64,000 nucleotides of DNA, taken from assembly GCA_963696405.1 (NCBI GenBank), contig CAVOJY010000003.1:303-64302 (forward strand), in the 5' to 3' direction. This DNA comes from an uncultured Chloroflexia bacterium (GTDB taxonomy: Bacteria; Chloroflexota; Limnocylindria; Limnocylindrales; CSP1-4). Of the stretch, positions 25,852 to 35,592 are shown in pieces; position 1 is the first letter of the stretch; every line of letters starts with the position of its first letter. A program made the translations under genes and the position numbers. The notes under the pieces were generated by a model that searched no databases, was not told the DNA's origin, and saw only the letters and a list, made by a program, of their open reading frames with translations.

Positions 25852-26740
25852 GTGCGCATGCGCATCGGTCGGCGCCTCGAGGCGCTCCTCGTCTGCGCCC
25901 CTCACCATCCTGCTGCTGGGACACCGTGGTCATCCCGGCGGCTGATCCTGCTCGGGCTACTCGCTCTTCATCTGGCATTACCTGGAGCCGCGTCGGCGAC
26001 CTGACGCTCGACAACTACCTCGCAGGCGCTGACCGATCCGCTCTATCGGCAGCTCGTCGCTGAACACGCTCGTCATCGGCGATCCCCACGACCATCGGCT
26101 CTCGATCGTCGGCGGCTACGTCATCGCCTACTACATCGTGTTCGGCACCGGGCGCGGCCGCTAGCTCCTGTTCGGGCTCATCGTCACGCGCCCTCATGGC
26201 GTCAGCTACCTCGTCCGCATCTTCGCCTGGCGGACGCTGCTCGGGGAGACCGGGATCATCAACAGCCTCCTGATCGGCGTCGGGCTCATCGAGCAGCCGC
26301 TCGAGTTCCTCCTGTTCTCGCGGCCGTCGGCGATCCTGGCCGAGATCGCGCTGTTCATGCCGCTCGCCGGCGCTCGCCTTCTACGCGGCGCTGGCCGGGA
26401 TCTCGCCCGACTACCGGGAGGCGGCCGCGACCTGGGGGCGGACGGCCGCAGACGCTCCTGCGGATCACCATCCCGCTGTCCGGGCCCGGCCATCCTGGCG
26501 ACGCGGCCCTCGTCTTCTTCCTGCCTGCCGGCGACTACGTGACGCCGGTGCTGGTCGGGGGGATCGACATCCGTCGACCGTCGGGCCGGATCATCGCCGA
26601 CGAACATGGGACCAGCGGGCAACTACGGCATGGGCGCAGCGCTGTCTTTCATGGTCCTGCTCGGGATTCGTCCTCGTCTACCTCCTCCTGCGTGCCGGGA
26701 TGCGGCGCCGGCGGCTTCCTGCCGGAGCGGACGGTCGTAG
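25852..26740 (+). pseudogene. ABC transporter permease (PotB-like), frameshifts plus an in-frame TAG. Boundaries are approximate.
   Basis: Segments: LDNYL..LTDPLYRQLV; GGYVIAYYIVFGTGRGR-TAG(26162-26164)-LLFGLIVT; YLVRIFAWRTLLGETGIINSLLIGVGLIEQPLEFLLFSRPSAILAEIALFMP; LLRITIPLSGP; DYVTPVLVGG. They are spread over several frames. Confidence 0.7.
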
Positions 26741-26745
26741 GAGCG

Positions 26746-27578
26746 ATGGCGCGCACGGCTTCTCGTTTCCATGGCTGGCCCTCGTTCTCACTGCTGCTCA
26801 TGGTCTTCCTGTACGCGCCGCTCGCCGTCGCGACGCTGTACGCGTTCAACAGCGGGCCCAAGCCTGACGTGGCCGCCCAGGGCTTTTCGCTGCGCTGGTT
26901 CGAGCAAGATCTTCTCGGACTGCGGGTTCCGGAACGCGCTCATGGTCAGCTTCGCAGGCCGCCATCCTGACGGCCGTCGATCGCCACGATCATCGGGAGC
27001 GCGGCGGCCTTCGTCGTTCACGAGAGTCAGCTCGCGCAGCGCCCGCGGCGTACCGAGGCCCTGGGCCGGCTGCCGGTCATGCTGCCCGCCGCTCTTCATC
27101 GGCATCGGGCATGGTCGCGCTCATGAAGCTGACGAGCTTCTCGCCGGTCATGCTCGCGACCATCGCCGGGCCACATCATCGTGGCGCGTGCCGTTGGTCA
27201 TCCTCGTCGTGGCCGCTCGCCTGCGGACCTACGACCCCGAGCTCGAGCTCGCCGCGCGGGACCTCGGGGCCGCGCCACGCAGGCGCATCGTGCGGGTCAC
27301 CCTGCCGCTGATCGCTCCCGGCGATCTTCGGCGCGGCACTCCTCGCGTTCGCCTGGTCCTTCGACGAGATCCTCGTCACCGAACTTCACGTCGGGCACAG
27401 CAGTCGACCGTCCCGATCTACGTGCTCGGGCAGGCTGCGGCGCGTCGTCGACCCGGGCGCCAACGCGGTCGCGGTCATCCTGCTGCTCATCCCCTGGATC
27501 GCCTTCGGGATCGGCCGCGTCTTCCTGCGCCGCAGCGGCGGGAACATCGCCGAGCTCCTCAGGCAGCGCATCAAGTGA
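26746..27578 (+). pseudogene. ABC transporter permease (PotC-like), frameshifted
   Basis: RBS AGGAG precedes ATG 26746. The sequence begins MARTASRFHGWPSFSLLLMVFLYAPLAVATLYAFNSG. Further segments are GFSLRWFE, FRNALMVSFA, ELELAARDLGAAPRRRIVRVTLPLIAP, LLAFAWSFDEILVT and VDPGANAVAVILLLIPWIAFGIGRVFLRR..LRQRIK-stop (27576-27578). They lie in different frames. Confidence 0.75.
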
Positions 27579-27595
27579 GACGGAGGCAGCGGCTG

Positions 27596-28728
27596 ATGGC
27601 ACCGGCGGGTCCGCCCGGGCCAGGGATACCGGCGGCCACCTGGCCGTCCGCGGGAATGACGAAGCGCTTCGGGCCGGTCGTGGCCGTGGACGACGTCACC
27701 CTGGACCTGCCGCCGGGCTCGTTCTTCAGCCTCCTGGGCCCGTCGGGCTGCGGGAAGACGACCCTCCTGCGCATCATCGCCGGGCTGGAGCAGCCCGACG
27801 CGGGCGCGGTGCTCGTCGACGGGCACGGACATCACCGGGACGCCGCCCGAGCGGCGCCCGTTCAACATGGTCTTCCAGCGCTACGCCCTGTTCCCCCACC
27901 TGCGGTCTTCGACAACATGGCCTTCGGCCTGACCACCGACCGGCAGCGCGAAGCCCTCCGAAGGCCGAGATCAGCGGCGGGTCCTGCGAGATGCTCGAGC
28001 TCGTCGGTCTCGGCGGCTTCGAGAAGCGCTGGCCGCAGCCAGCTGAGCGGCGGGCAGGCGCAGCGCGTCGCCGTGGCCCGGGCCCTCATCCGCCGGCCGC
28101 GCGTGCTCCTCCTCGACGAGCCGCTGGCGGCCCTCGACCGCAACGTCCGCCACCAGGTCCGCGAGGAGCTGCTGCGGATCCACGCCGAGCTGGGCACGAC
28201 GTTCCTCCTCGTCACCCACGACCAGGACGAGGCGCTGAGCATCTCCGGGCATGGTGGGCCTCATGAACAACGGCCGCTCGAGCAGGTCGCCGACCCGGAG
28301 ACGCTCTACCACCGCCCGGCGACGCTCTTCGCGGCCCGCTTCATCGGCGCCGGGTCCTTCATGGCCGGGATGGCCATCGGCGGCGGGACGATGCCGTGGA
28401 CCTCGACTGCGCGGGCATCCGCTTCTCGGCCGCCGAACCGGGGGCCCGAAGGGGGAGAAGGTGAGCGTGCTGCTGCGCCCCGAGGACCTCGAGCTGGTGC
28501 CCCCGGCGCCGGGCGCCTCGACGGCGCGGTGGACACGTGCGCCTTCTTCGGCTCCTACTACGAGGTCGCCGCGCAGACCGAGCGGGGCCTCCTGCGCCTG
28601 CGCCACCGCTCCTCGGCGCGCCCGGGCGCCACGTGGGGATCGGCTGGGGCGAGACTGCCGGCATCGCCTACGGCGGCGCGGAGACCGTGGCCGCGGTGGC
28701 CGAGGCGGGAGCGACGTCGCCGGCCTGA
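27596..28728 (+). pseudogene. ABC transporter ATP-binding protein (PotA-like with a C-terminal regulatory domain), frameshifted
   Basis: RBS GGAGG precedes ATG 27596. Motifs: MTKRFGPVVAVDDVTLDLPPGSFFSLLGPSGCGKTTLLRIIAG (Walker A), QLSGGQAQRVAVARAL (signature), VLLLDEPLAALD (Walker B) and FLLVTHDQDEALSIS. The segments FNMVFQRYALFPHL, EMLELVGLGGFEKRWP and GLMNNGRLEQVADPETLYHRPATLFAARFIG are in other frames. Confidence 0.8.
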
Positions 28729-29137
28729 GGCTGACCCGCCGGGCGCCGTCGTCCTCGCAGCCAACGTCGACGGGGCCCGCTCCGAACGGGAGGATTGACC
28801 GATGCCGCAGCCTAGCCGCACTCGGGACGGCCGCCCTCCAGGTGGGGCCGACCGGCCGGTATCGACCCAGGACGGCACACCACTCGTCCGCGACGCGGGT
28901 CGCTACATCGGCGGCCGGCAGCTGGACCGTTCCGGTCGCCGTGGGACCACGACCTGTCCTGGTGCTCGAGGTGGACGCAGTTCGGACTCAGGGAGGACTT
29001 GTCAGACCTATCCGGACGTGACGGTGCGGACTGGCGGACGGCACGCCGGTAGGCTGAGAATGGAATTGCGCAGGGGCTGAGGCGCGCGACCTGTCCCGGG
29101 GTGAACGGATCCACGGCGACTGGAGGGCACATCGAAC

Positions 29138-30137
29138 ATGGGCGAGACCGTCCTGGTCACCGGCAGCTCCGGGTTCCTCGGCAGCTACGTGGCTCGCGAA
29201 CTGGTGGAGCGCGGTCACCGGGTCATCGGGCTGGACCTCGTGGAGCCCCGCCCGGAGCACGCCTGGGTCCAGGAGCCGGCCAGGGGCGGGATCGAGCTCG
29301 TGCTCGGCGGTCTCGAGGGCTGGGCGCCGCTCGTCGCCCTCATGGAGCGCCACCGGCCGGCCGCCGTCGTCCACAACGCGGCCTTCGTCCGGCTCGACAT
29401 CCTGGCCCGGGAGCCGCACAAGGCGCTGCGCCTGAACACGGAGGCCTCGGTCAACGTCTTCGAGGCGGCCAGGATCTTCGGTGTTCGGCGCGTGGTCTAC
29501 ATCAGTTCCACCGGCGTGCTGCCCCGGCGCCAGTACGAGCCCATCGACGCGGGCCACCCCCTCTTCACCGCCACCGAGTCGTCGCCCGACACCTTCTACG
29601 CAGCGGCGAAGATCGCGTCGGAGGCCTTCGCCTGGGCCTACTACCACAGCTTCGGCCTCGACACCCTCATCGTCCGCCCGTCTGCGATGTACGGCTTCGG
29701 GATGCAGTGGCCCATGTTCATCAAGCCGATCGTCGAGAACAGCCTGCAGGGTCGCCCCACGCGTTTCGAGACGGGGGGCGAGTTCCCCCGCGACTACACC
29801 CACGTCAAGGACGTCGCGCGACTCGTGCGCCACTGCGTGGAGGTCCCCGGAGACCGGGTCCGCGACCGCTGCTTCTACGGCGCCACGGGCCGCGACCCGG
29901 TGACCCCCTCCACGTGGCGGAGATCGTGCGGGAACTCATCCCGGGGGCGGACATCGAGATCGGCACCGGGCTCACGCCCCTCGAGCAGTGGGATGCCGCG
30001 ACCCGCGGCCGCTACGACATGGCGCCGCGGAGGCGCAGCTCGGCTTCACGCCCCGCTTCGCCGACCTGCGGGCCGGGATCGCCGACTACATCGAGGACCT
30101 GCGCCGGTACGCCGCGCCGAACGAGGAGGACCGATGA
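29138..30137 (+). pseudogene. NAD-dependent epimerase/dehydratase family protein, at least 2 frameshifts
   Basis: Motifs: MGETVLVTGSSGFLGSYVARELVERG (GxxGxxG) and YAAAKIASE (YxxxK). The C-terminus is split as DPLHVAEIVRELIPGADIEIGTGLTPLEQWDAATRGRYDM (second frame) and AEAQLGFTPRFADLRAGIADYIEDLRRYAAPNEEDR-stop (third frame). The length is 1000 nt, not a multiple of 3. Confidence 0.8.
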
Positions 30138-31014
30138 CCACCAGATTGCGTTTCCTGGGGGCCTCCTGCTTCGAGGTGGTGGGGCCCCACCACCGCATCC
30201 TCCTGGAGCCCTTCCTCACCGACAACCCGGTCTCGCCGTACACGGTGGAGACGATCCCCGCGCCCGACCTCATCCTCGTCTCGCACGGCGCGTGGGACCA
30301 CTGCGCCGACGCGGGGGCGGTGGCGAAGCGGACCGGCGCCCCGGTCTGCTGCGGGGCCGACGTGGCGGCGCTCCTGGCCGACCAGGATATCCCCGAGGAG
30401 CAGGTACGGCCGGTCATCTGGGGGCTCTGCTACGAGTTCGACGGCTTCCTCGTGCGGCCCGTGGAGTGCCACCACTGGTCCAGCGTCACCCTCTCCGACG
30501 GGACCCGCATCACCGGGACCCCGCTGTCGTTCATCATCGAGACCGAGCCGGGCGTCCGCATCTACCACTTCGGCGACACCGCCATCTTCGGCGACATGAA
30601 GCTCATCGGCCAGCTCCACCGGCCCACCGTCGCCCTCCTCGGCTGCGCCAACACCGACGGGCTGCCCGACCCGGGCGCCGGGCTCGCCTGCACCGGGGAG
30701 ATGAACCCCGACGAGGCCGCGCTGGCCGCCGAGTGGCTGGGGGTGCGGTACGCGGTCGCGACGCACTACATGAACCCGGGCGAAGAGGTGAACGAGTTCC
30801 GCCGCCGGGTGGCCCACCACGACACCAGCGGCCGGCGGATCGCCTCGCCCCGCGGGCGGGCGAGTGGATCGAGATCGAGCCGGTGGAGACCGGCCCCGGA
30901 CCACCCGTCGCTCCTGTGGGGCGGCACGTCACCGGAGTTCGACCTGACCAAGGTGCCGACCCGGTAGGGGAAGGCTCTTCACCCGTTCTCGTCCCAAGGG
31001 AGGCAGCTCCATGA
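30134..31014 (+). pseudogene. Metallo-beta-lactamase-fold hydrolase (UPF0173-like), probable frameshift near 30845. The 3' end is uncertain.
   Basis: The ATG overlaps the epimerase stop (ATGA). The sequence is MTTRLRFLGASCFEVVGPHHRILLEPFLTDNP...LILVSHGAWDHCADAG...RIYHFGDTAIFGDMKLIG. The expected C-terminus LAPRAGEWIEIEP lies in the frame of ORF 29101..31014. That frame ends in an ATGA overlap with the next gene. Confidence 0.65.
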
Positions 31015-32712
31015 TCGTGTGGCAGGCAGTGGCCGCGGCGCTCGCGGCGGAGAAGATGCCGGTGGTCTTCGGCCTCCCCGGCGGAGAGCGGTTCTTCGAT
31101 TCTGTTGCGGAGTACCCGGAGATCCGCAGGGTCGTCCCGCGGGACCCGCGCGCCGCTCCCTTCATGGCCATGGGGTACGCGCGGGTGAGCGGCCGGCCGG
31201 CGGTCTGCCACTCGTCGGGCGGGCCGGGCGTCGCGTTGCTCGTCCCCGGCATCCTGGAGGCGCACGCCGCCTGCCTGCCGGTGATTGCCATCGTCGGCAG
31301 CTCCCGCCGATCGGGCGCCGGGCAGGGAGCCCTCCAGGAGTACGACCAGGTGGGGGTCTTTCGCCCCATCACGAAGTGGGCCGAGCGGGTCACCGAGCCG
31401 GACCGCATCTGGTGGGTCATGCGCAAGGCGTTCTCGGTGGCAATGAACGGGAAGCCCGGCCCGGTCTTCATCGACATCCCCCGGGACGTGGGGCTGCAGG
31501 AGGTTGCGCCCCGCGACTACGTCCCGGCCGACTGTCCCATCCGGACGGCCGGGGATCCTGCGCGCATCCGCGCCGCGGTCGAGCTGCTGCGGTCGGCCAG
31601 CGGCCGGTGATCGTGGTCGGCGGGGGAGGCGTCAGCTCGCGGGCCTTCGCCGAGGTGAGGCGTCTTCGCGGAGCTGATCGGCGCCCCCGTTCTCACCACG
31701 CCCTGCGGCCGGGGGGTCATCGCGGAGGACCACCCGCTCTCCTGCGGCCAGGTGGGCCTCTACTTCTCCGATCTCGGGCAGCGCGTCTACGACGAGGCCG
31801 ATCTCCTCGTCACCCTGGGCTCGCGGAACGAGGACTTCCAGTCGGGAGAGCAGAAGTTCTTCCCCCGTGGTGCGAAGTACATCCAGGTGGACATCGACCC
31901 CGACGAGATCGGGCGCAACTGGGTCGCCGACGTGGCGGTGGTGGGCGACGTCAAGCTCGTCCTGCAGGCGTGGATCGAAGAGCTGGACCGTGAGCCGCCC
32001 AGCCGCTGACCTCGTGGCGTCGCGCGTCTCCAGCCTGGCCGAGGCGAAGGCAGCGTTCGAGGCGTGGGTAAGGGAGGACGCCGCCACCGACGAGGTTCCG
32101 CTGAAGACGAAGCGGGTGATCCGCGAGCTGAACGAGGTGCTCGGGCCCAACACCATCCTGGTGAACGAGAACGGCTCGCAGGACCTGTGGTCCTACTCGT
32201 GGCCCTACTACCGCGTGCTCGACGAGAACTGCTGCGTGGCCCCCGGGGAGCAGACCTGCATGGGCGGCGGGTGCGCCGCCGCCATCGGCGCCAAGCTCGC
32301 CATGCCCGACCGGAATGTCGTGTGCCCCACCGGGGACGGCGCCTTCCAGATGTTCACCAACGAGCTGGCGACCGCGGTCCAGTTCGGCGCCCCCGTCTTC
32401 TACCTCGTCCTCAACAACCGCCGCCTGGGGTGGATCGCGTACCACCAGCGCAAGCGCAGCGATCACCCCATCAACACCGAGTTCGAGGTCCAGCCGGACT
32501 TCATGAAGGTGGCCGAGGCGAACCAGTGCTTCGGGGTGCGGGTCGAACGACCGGCGGAGATCCGCCCGGCCTTCGAACGCGCCCTTGCGGCCACCACGGC
32601 CGGGAGCCCCGCGGTGGTGGAGTGCATCGTCGACGGCTGGGACTTCTCCTTCGGCTTCAACAACTTCTACGAGCGGCTGGCCCGGAAGGGCGAGCCTCAG
32701 AGGAGGGGCTGA
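31011..32712 (+). pseudogene. Thiamine-pyrophosphate-dependent enzyme (acetolactate-synthase-like family), at least 3 frameshifts
   Basis: RBS GGGAGG precedes ATG 31011. The first segment is MIVWQAVAAALAAEKMPVVFGLPGG...GPGVALLVPGILEAHAACLPVIAIVG...PGPVFIDIPRDV (frame 0). Next is RPVIVVGGGGVSSRAFAEVRRL (frame 2). Then AELIGAPVLTTPCGRGVIAEDHPLSCGQVGLY...KYIQVDIDPDEIGRN (frame 0). The last segment, in frame 1, carries the TPP motif GDGAFQMFTNELATAVQFGAPVFYLVLNN. The length is 1702 nt. Confidence 0.8.
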
Positions 32713-32874
32713 TCGGACAGGCTGGCCACAACTCCGGTCCCCGCGCTCCGTGGTCGCATACAATTCGGCGGGCGACTACCATTCGGCGGGCGACCGGTCG
32801 CCCTTTGGGGCATCATACGCATTGGATCCGCGGGTTGGCACAACCGGTGGCACGGGCCAAGGAGGGCAGGAAGC

Positions 32875-33813
32875 ATGAAGGTGGTCGTGGTTGGGGCCGG
32901 GCAGATGGGCAGCATCTACGGCGCGGCGGCACATGAGAACGGCCACGAGGTCCTGTTCGTCGATGCAAGCCGGGATCTCGTCGACAAGATCAACGCGGAC
33001 GGGCTCACGATCGACCGCCAGGACGGAGGCGGCGTCTACCGGGTCCCGGCCACGACGCGCCCGTCGAACGCCGATGGGCCCGCCGACGTGGTCCTCTTCC
33101 AGGTGAAGGGCTATGCGACCCGTGCGGCCGCGGAGAGCGTGAAGCCGGTGGTCGGCCCGGGCACGCTGGTTCTCACCTTCCAGAACGGTCTCGGGAACGA
33201 GCAGGTGCTGCGCGAGGTCTTCCCCGCGAACGAGATCCTCATCGGGATCACGTCGCACACGGTGGTCACCCTGGGCCTGGCGCACTACCAGCACGCAGGG
33301 GTGCGCGACTCACGGATGGGACCGTCGCGTGGTGACGACCTGGCGGGCGCGAGGTGTGCGGCTTCTGCCTTCGACCGGCCGGGGATGCCGGTGGAGGTCC
33401 TGCCGGAGAAGGAGGTCCGCACCGCTCAGTGGGCCAAGTTTGTCTTCAACTGCGGCGGGCTCGCGGCGTGGGCGGTCACGCGCCTCTCGATCGTCGGGAG
33501 CAAGGACCAGGCGCAGCTCATCGACCTCATGGGAGCGATCACGCGCGAAGCCTGCGAGATCGCGGCGCTGGAGGGGATCGCGCTTGACGCTGACGAGCGC
33601 GTGGCGTTCCTTCGCAACCTGATCGCCACGGCGACCGGCGGGAAGGCGTCCATGCTCGGCGACGTCCAGTCGAAGCGACGAACAGAGATCGACACGATCA
33701 ACGGCGCCGCCGTCATGTTCGCCGACACGCACGGCCACCCGGCGATCCTCAACCGGGCCATGGTGGCCCTTGTGAAGGGGACCGAGAAGGCGATCGAGAT
33801 CGGCGAGGCCTGA
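32875..33813 (+). CDS. 2-dehydropantoate 2-reductase family (ketopantoate-reductase-like) oxidoreductase
   Basis: Motifs: MKVVVVGAGQMGSIYG (Rossmann), LVLTFQNGLGN, and GGKASMLGDVQSKRRTEIDTINGAAV (KPR C-terminal domain). Confidence 0.85.
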   Translation: MKVVVVGAGQMGSIYGAAAHENGHEVLFVDASRDLVDKINADGLTIDRQDGGGVYRVPATTRPSNADGPADVVLFQVKGYATRAAAESVKPVVGPGTLVLTFQNGLGNEQVLREVFPANEILIGITSHTVVTLGLAHYQHAGVRDSRMGPSRGDDLAGARCAASAFDRPGMPVEVLPEKEVRTAQWAKFVFNCGGLAAWAVTRLSIVGSKDQAQLIDLMGAITREACEIAALEGIALDADERVAFLRNLIATATGGKASMLGDVQSKRRTEIDTINGAAVMFADTHGHPAILNRAMVALVKGTEKAIEIGEA

Positions 33814-33824
33814 GGCCGCCGGCG

Positions 33825-34559
33825 TCAGCCTGCGGGGGCGGCCATCCCGGGGCGGCGCCCGCGGCGTGTTCCTGTCCCGCGCGTGCCGGCCTCGGTCGGG
33901 GTCTCTGCGCTGTCGCTTCCGAAGAGCCGGTCGCCCATCCAGGCGTAGTGCGCCTGGACCGCCGCAGCCAGTCTCTTTTCGCTGTGGGCCTCAAGAGCGT
34001 CCAGCACGTCGCGATGGAGGACGAAGGGCGGGTACACGCCTTCCCTGAGCGCCTTGTTGCGCGTCGCGGCCAGGAGCATCTGGGCGGCCAGGTCGTCGTG
34101 CGCGCTCAACATCCGGTTGTTTCCGGCAAGCAGGAAGATCTCGCGGTGGAACTCCAGGTCGAGGGCCAGCCCGCCCGTCTTTTCGTCGCCCTCGTACGCC
34201 GTCTCCATCGCATCGACCACGGAGCGGAGGCGATCGATGTCTCCCGGGGTGATCCTCGACATCGCGATCCTCGCCGCGGCCATCTCGATGGCCTCGCGGA
34301 AGGCCGTGATCTCGTCGAGGTCGGTGTCGGTCGGCGTGCTGACGAACACGCCCTGGCGGGGGCGATCCACGACCAGGCCGACCCGGCCGAGCTCGCGCAG
34401 CGCCTCGCGAATCGGTCCCCGGCTGACGCCAAAGCGATCGGCGAGATCGACTTCGATCAGGCGGGTCCCGGGGGCCAGTGCACCGCTGAGGATGTCACGC
34501 CGCAGGATCGCCGCGACGTCCTCCCACAACTGGCGGGGCTGCAAACGATCCGATTCCAT
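33825..34559 (-). CDS. GntR-family regulator, FadR subfamily
   Basis: Motifs: GTRLIEVDLADRFGVSRGPIREALRELGRVGLVV and LDLEFHREIFLLAGN. Confidence 0.9.
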   Translation of the reverse strand: MESDRLQPRQLWEDVAAILRRDILSGALAPGTRLIEVDLADRFGVSRGPIREALRELGRVGLVVDRPRQGVFVSTPTDTDLDEITAFREAIEMAAARIAMSRITPGDIDRLRSVVDAMETAYEGDEKTGGLALDLEFHREIFLLAGNNRMLSAHDDLAAQMLLAATRNKALREGVYPPFVLHRDVLDALEAHSEKRLAAAVQAHYAWMGDRLFGSDSAETPTEAGTRGTGTRRGRRPGMAAPAG

Positions 34560-34609
34560 GGGTCCCGGATCCTCCCATCCCGCAGAAGGCCTGCGCGGCG
34601 CCGAGGGCT

Positions 34610-34622
34610 GTCAACAGTTGGC
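34610..34622. promoter_or_regulatory. Near-palindrome GTCAACAGTTGGC, a candidate GntR operator
   Basis: It lies 51 nt upstream of the minus-strand GntR start. It is related to the perfect palindrome GTCAACTGTTGAC at 37118-37130. Confidence 0.4.
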
Positions 34623-34797
34623 GTCCCTGCTCGGCAACACTAGCACAGCCTCAGGGCCGTTCGGCGAGGCTTGACCGCCGTGCCGTAAAGAGACGCAACT
34701 CACCGTGCACGGGCCGCTAGGATGTCATACCATCGCAACAGGAGCCGCAGGACGGTCGTTCGTGCGGCGGTGGACTCGGCGGACCGGGAGGTCAGGA

Positions 34798-35568
34798 ATG
34801 GCCGCGGACAGGATCATGCGGGAGGATCCGTCGGAGGCCCGCGTGACGGCGGGCCTGGAATTCCAGCCGCTTGAGCGGAGCGACCGGCTCTCCGATCGGG
34901 TGGCCAAGCTCATCCTCGCCCGGATCGTGGAATCGGGCCTGAAGCCCGGCGACCCTCTGCCGTCCGAGCGCGTGCTCGGACAGCAGTTCGGTGTCTCGCG
35001 GACGGTGGTCCGGGAGGCCATCCGGTCGCTCGCGGGGCGCGGGATCATCACGGTGCGACCGGGCGCCGGCCTCACCGTTGCCGAGTTGGACACTTCCACG
35101 GCAAGCGAATCGATCAGCCTGTTGTTGCGCGGCACGACCGACCGGTACGACAAAGTCGACGAGGTACGGCGGCTGATCGAGGTCCACGTGGCCGGCCTGG
35201 CCGCGGAGCGTGCCACGGACGAGGACATTGCCCGGATCCGCAGCGCCCTGGCCCACCAGGAACAAGTCATCGACGACGTCGACGCGGTGGCGCCGGCGGA
35301 CGGCGAGTTCCATCGCCAGCTCGCCCTGGCGACGCACAACGAGCTGTTCGTGGTCATGCTCGACTCGCTGGGCGATGTCATGGTCGAGATGCGCCGTCGC
35401 GCGATGCGGCCCGCGGCCGGACGCAAGGTGTTCCTCGGGGAGCACCGCGCGGTCGTGGAAGCGGTGGCGGCCCGCGATCCGGCTGCGGCGCGCGCCGCCA
35501 TGGTCCACCATCTCGAGGACTCGAACCTGGCGTTCCGGGCCCAGGGCGGCAGCTCCAAGGCCGGCTGA
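34798..35568 (+). CDS. GntR-family regulator, FadR subfamily
   Basis: RBS GGAGG precedes ATG 34798. Motifs: GDPLPSERVLGQQFGVSRTVVREAIRSLAGRGIITVRPGAG and ADGEFHRQLALATHN. Confidence 0.9.
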   Translation: MAADRIMREDPSEARVTAGLEFQPLERSDRLSDRVAKLILARIVESGLKPGDPLPSERVLGQQFGVSRTVVREAIRSLAGRGIITVRPGAGLTVAELDTSTASESISLLLRGTTDRYDKVDEVRRLIEVHVAGLAAERATDEDIARIRSALAHQEQVIDDVDAVAPADGEFHRQLALATHNELFVVMLDSLGDVMVEMRRRAMRPAAGRKVFLGEHRAVVEAVAARDPAAARAAMVHHLEDSNLAFRAQGGSSKAG

Positions 35569-35592
35569 CGCCGCGCCGACGCGGGTCCGGGC

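Noticed and set aside
24551-32712. Explaining all frameshifts as uniform long-read homopolymer errors
   Set aside because: The lesions are clustered in specific operons. They include insertions at non-homopolymer positions (for example 467), deletions, and in-frame stop codons (5927, 26162), while about 45 kb of other coding sequence is clean. Locally poor assembly cannot be excluded, however, and is stated as the alternative.
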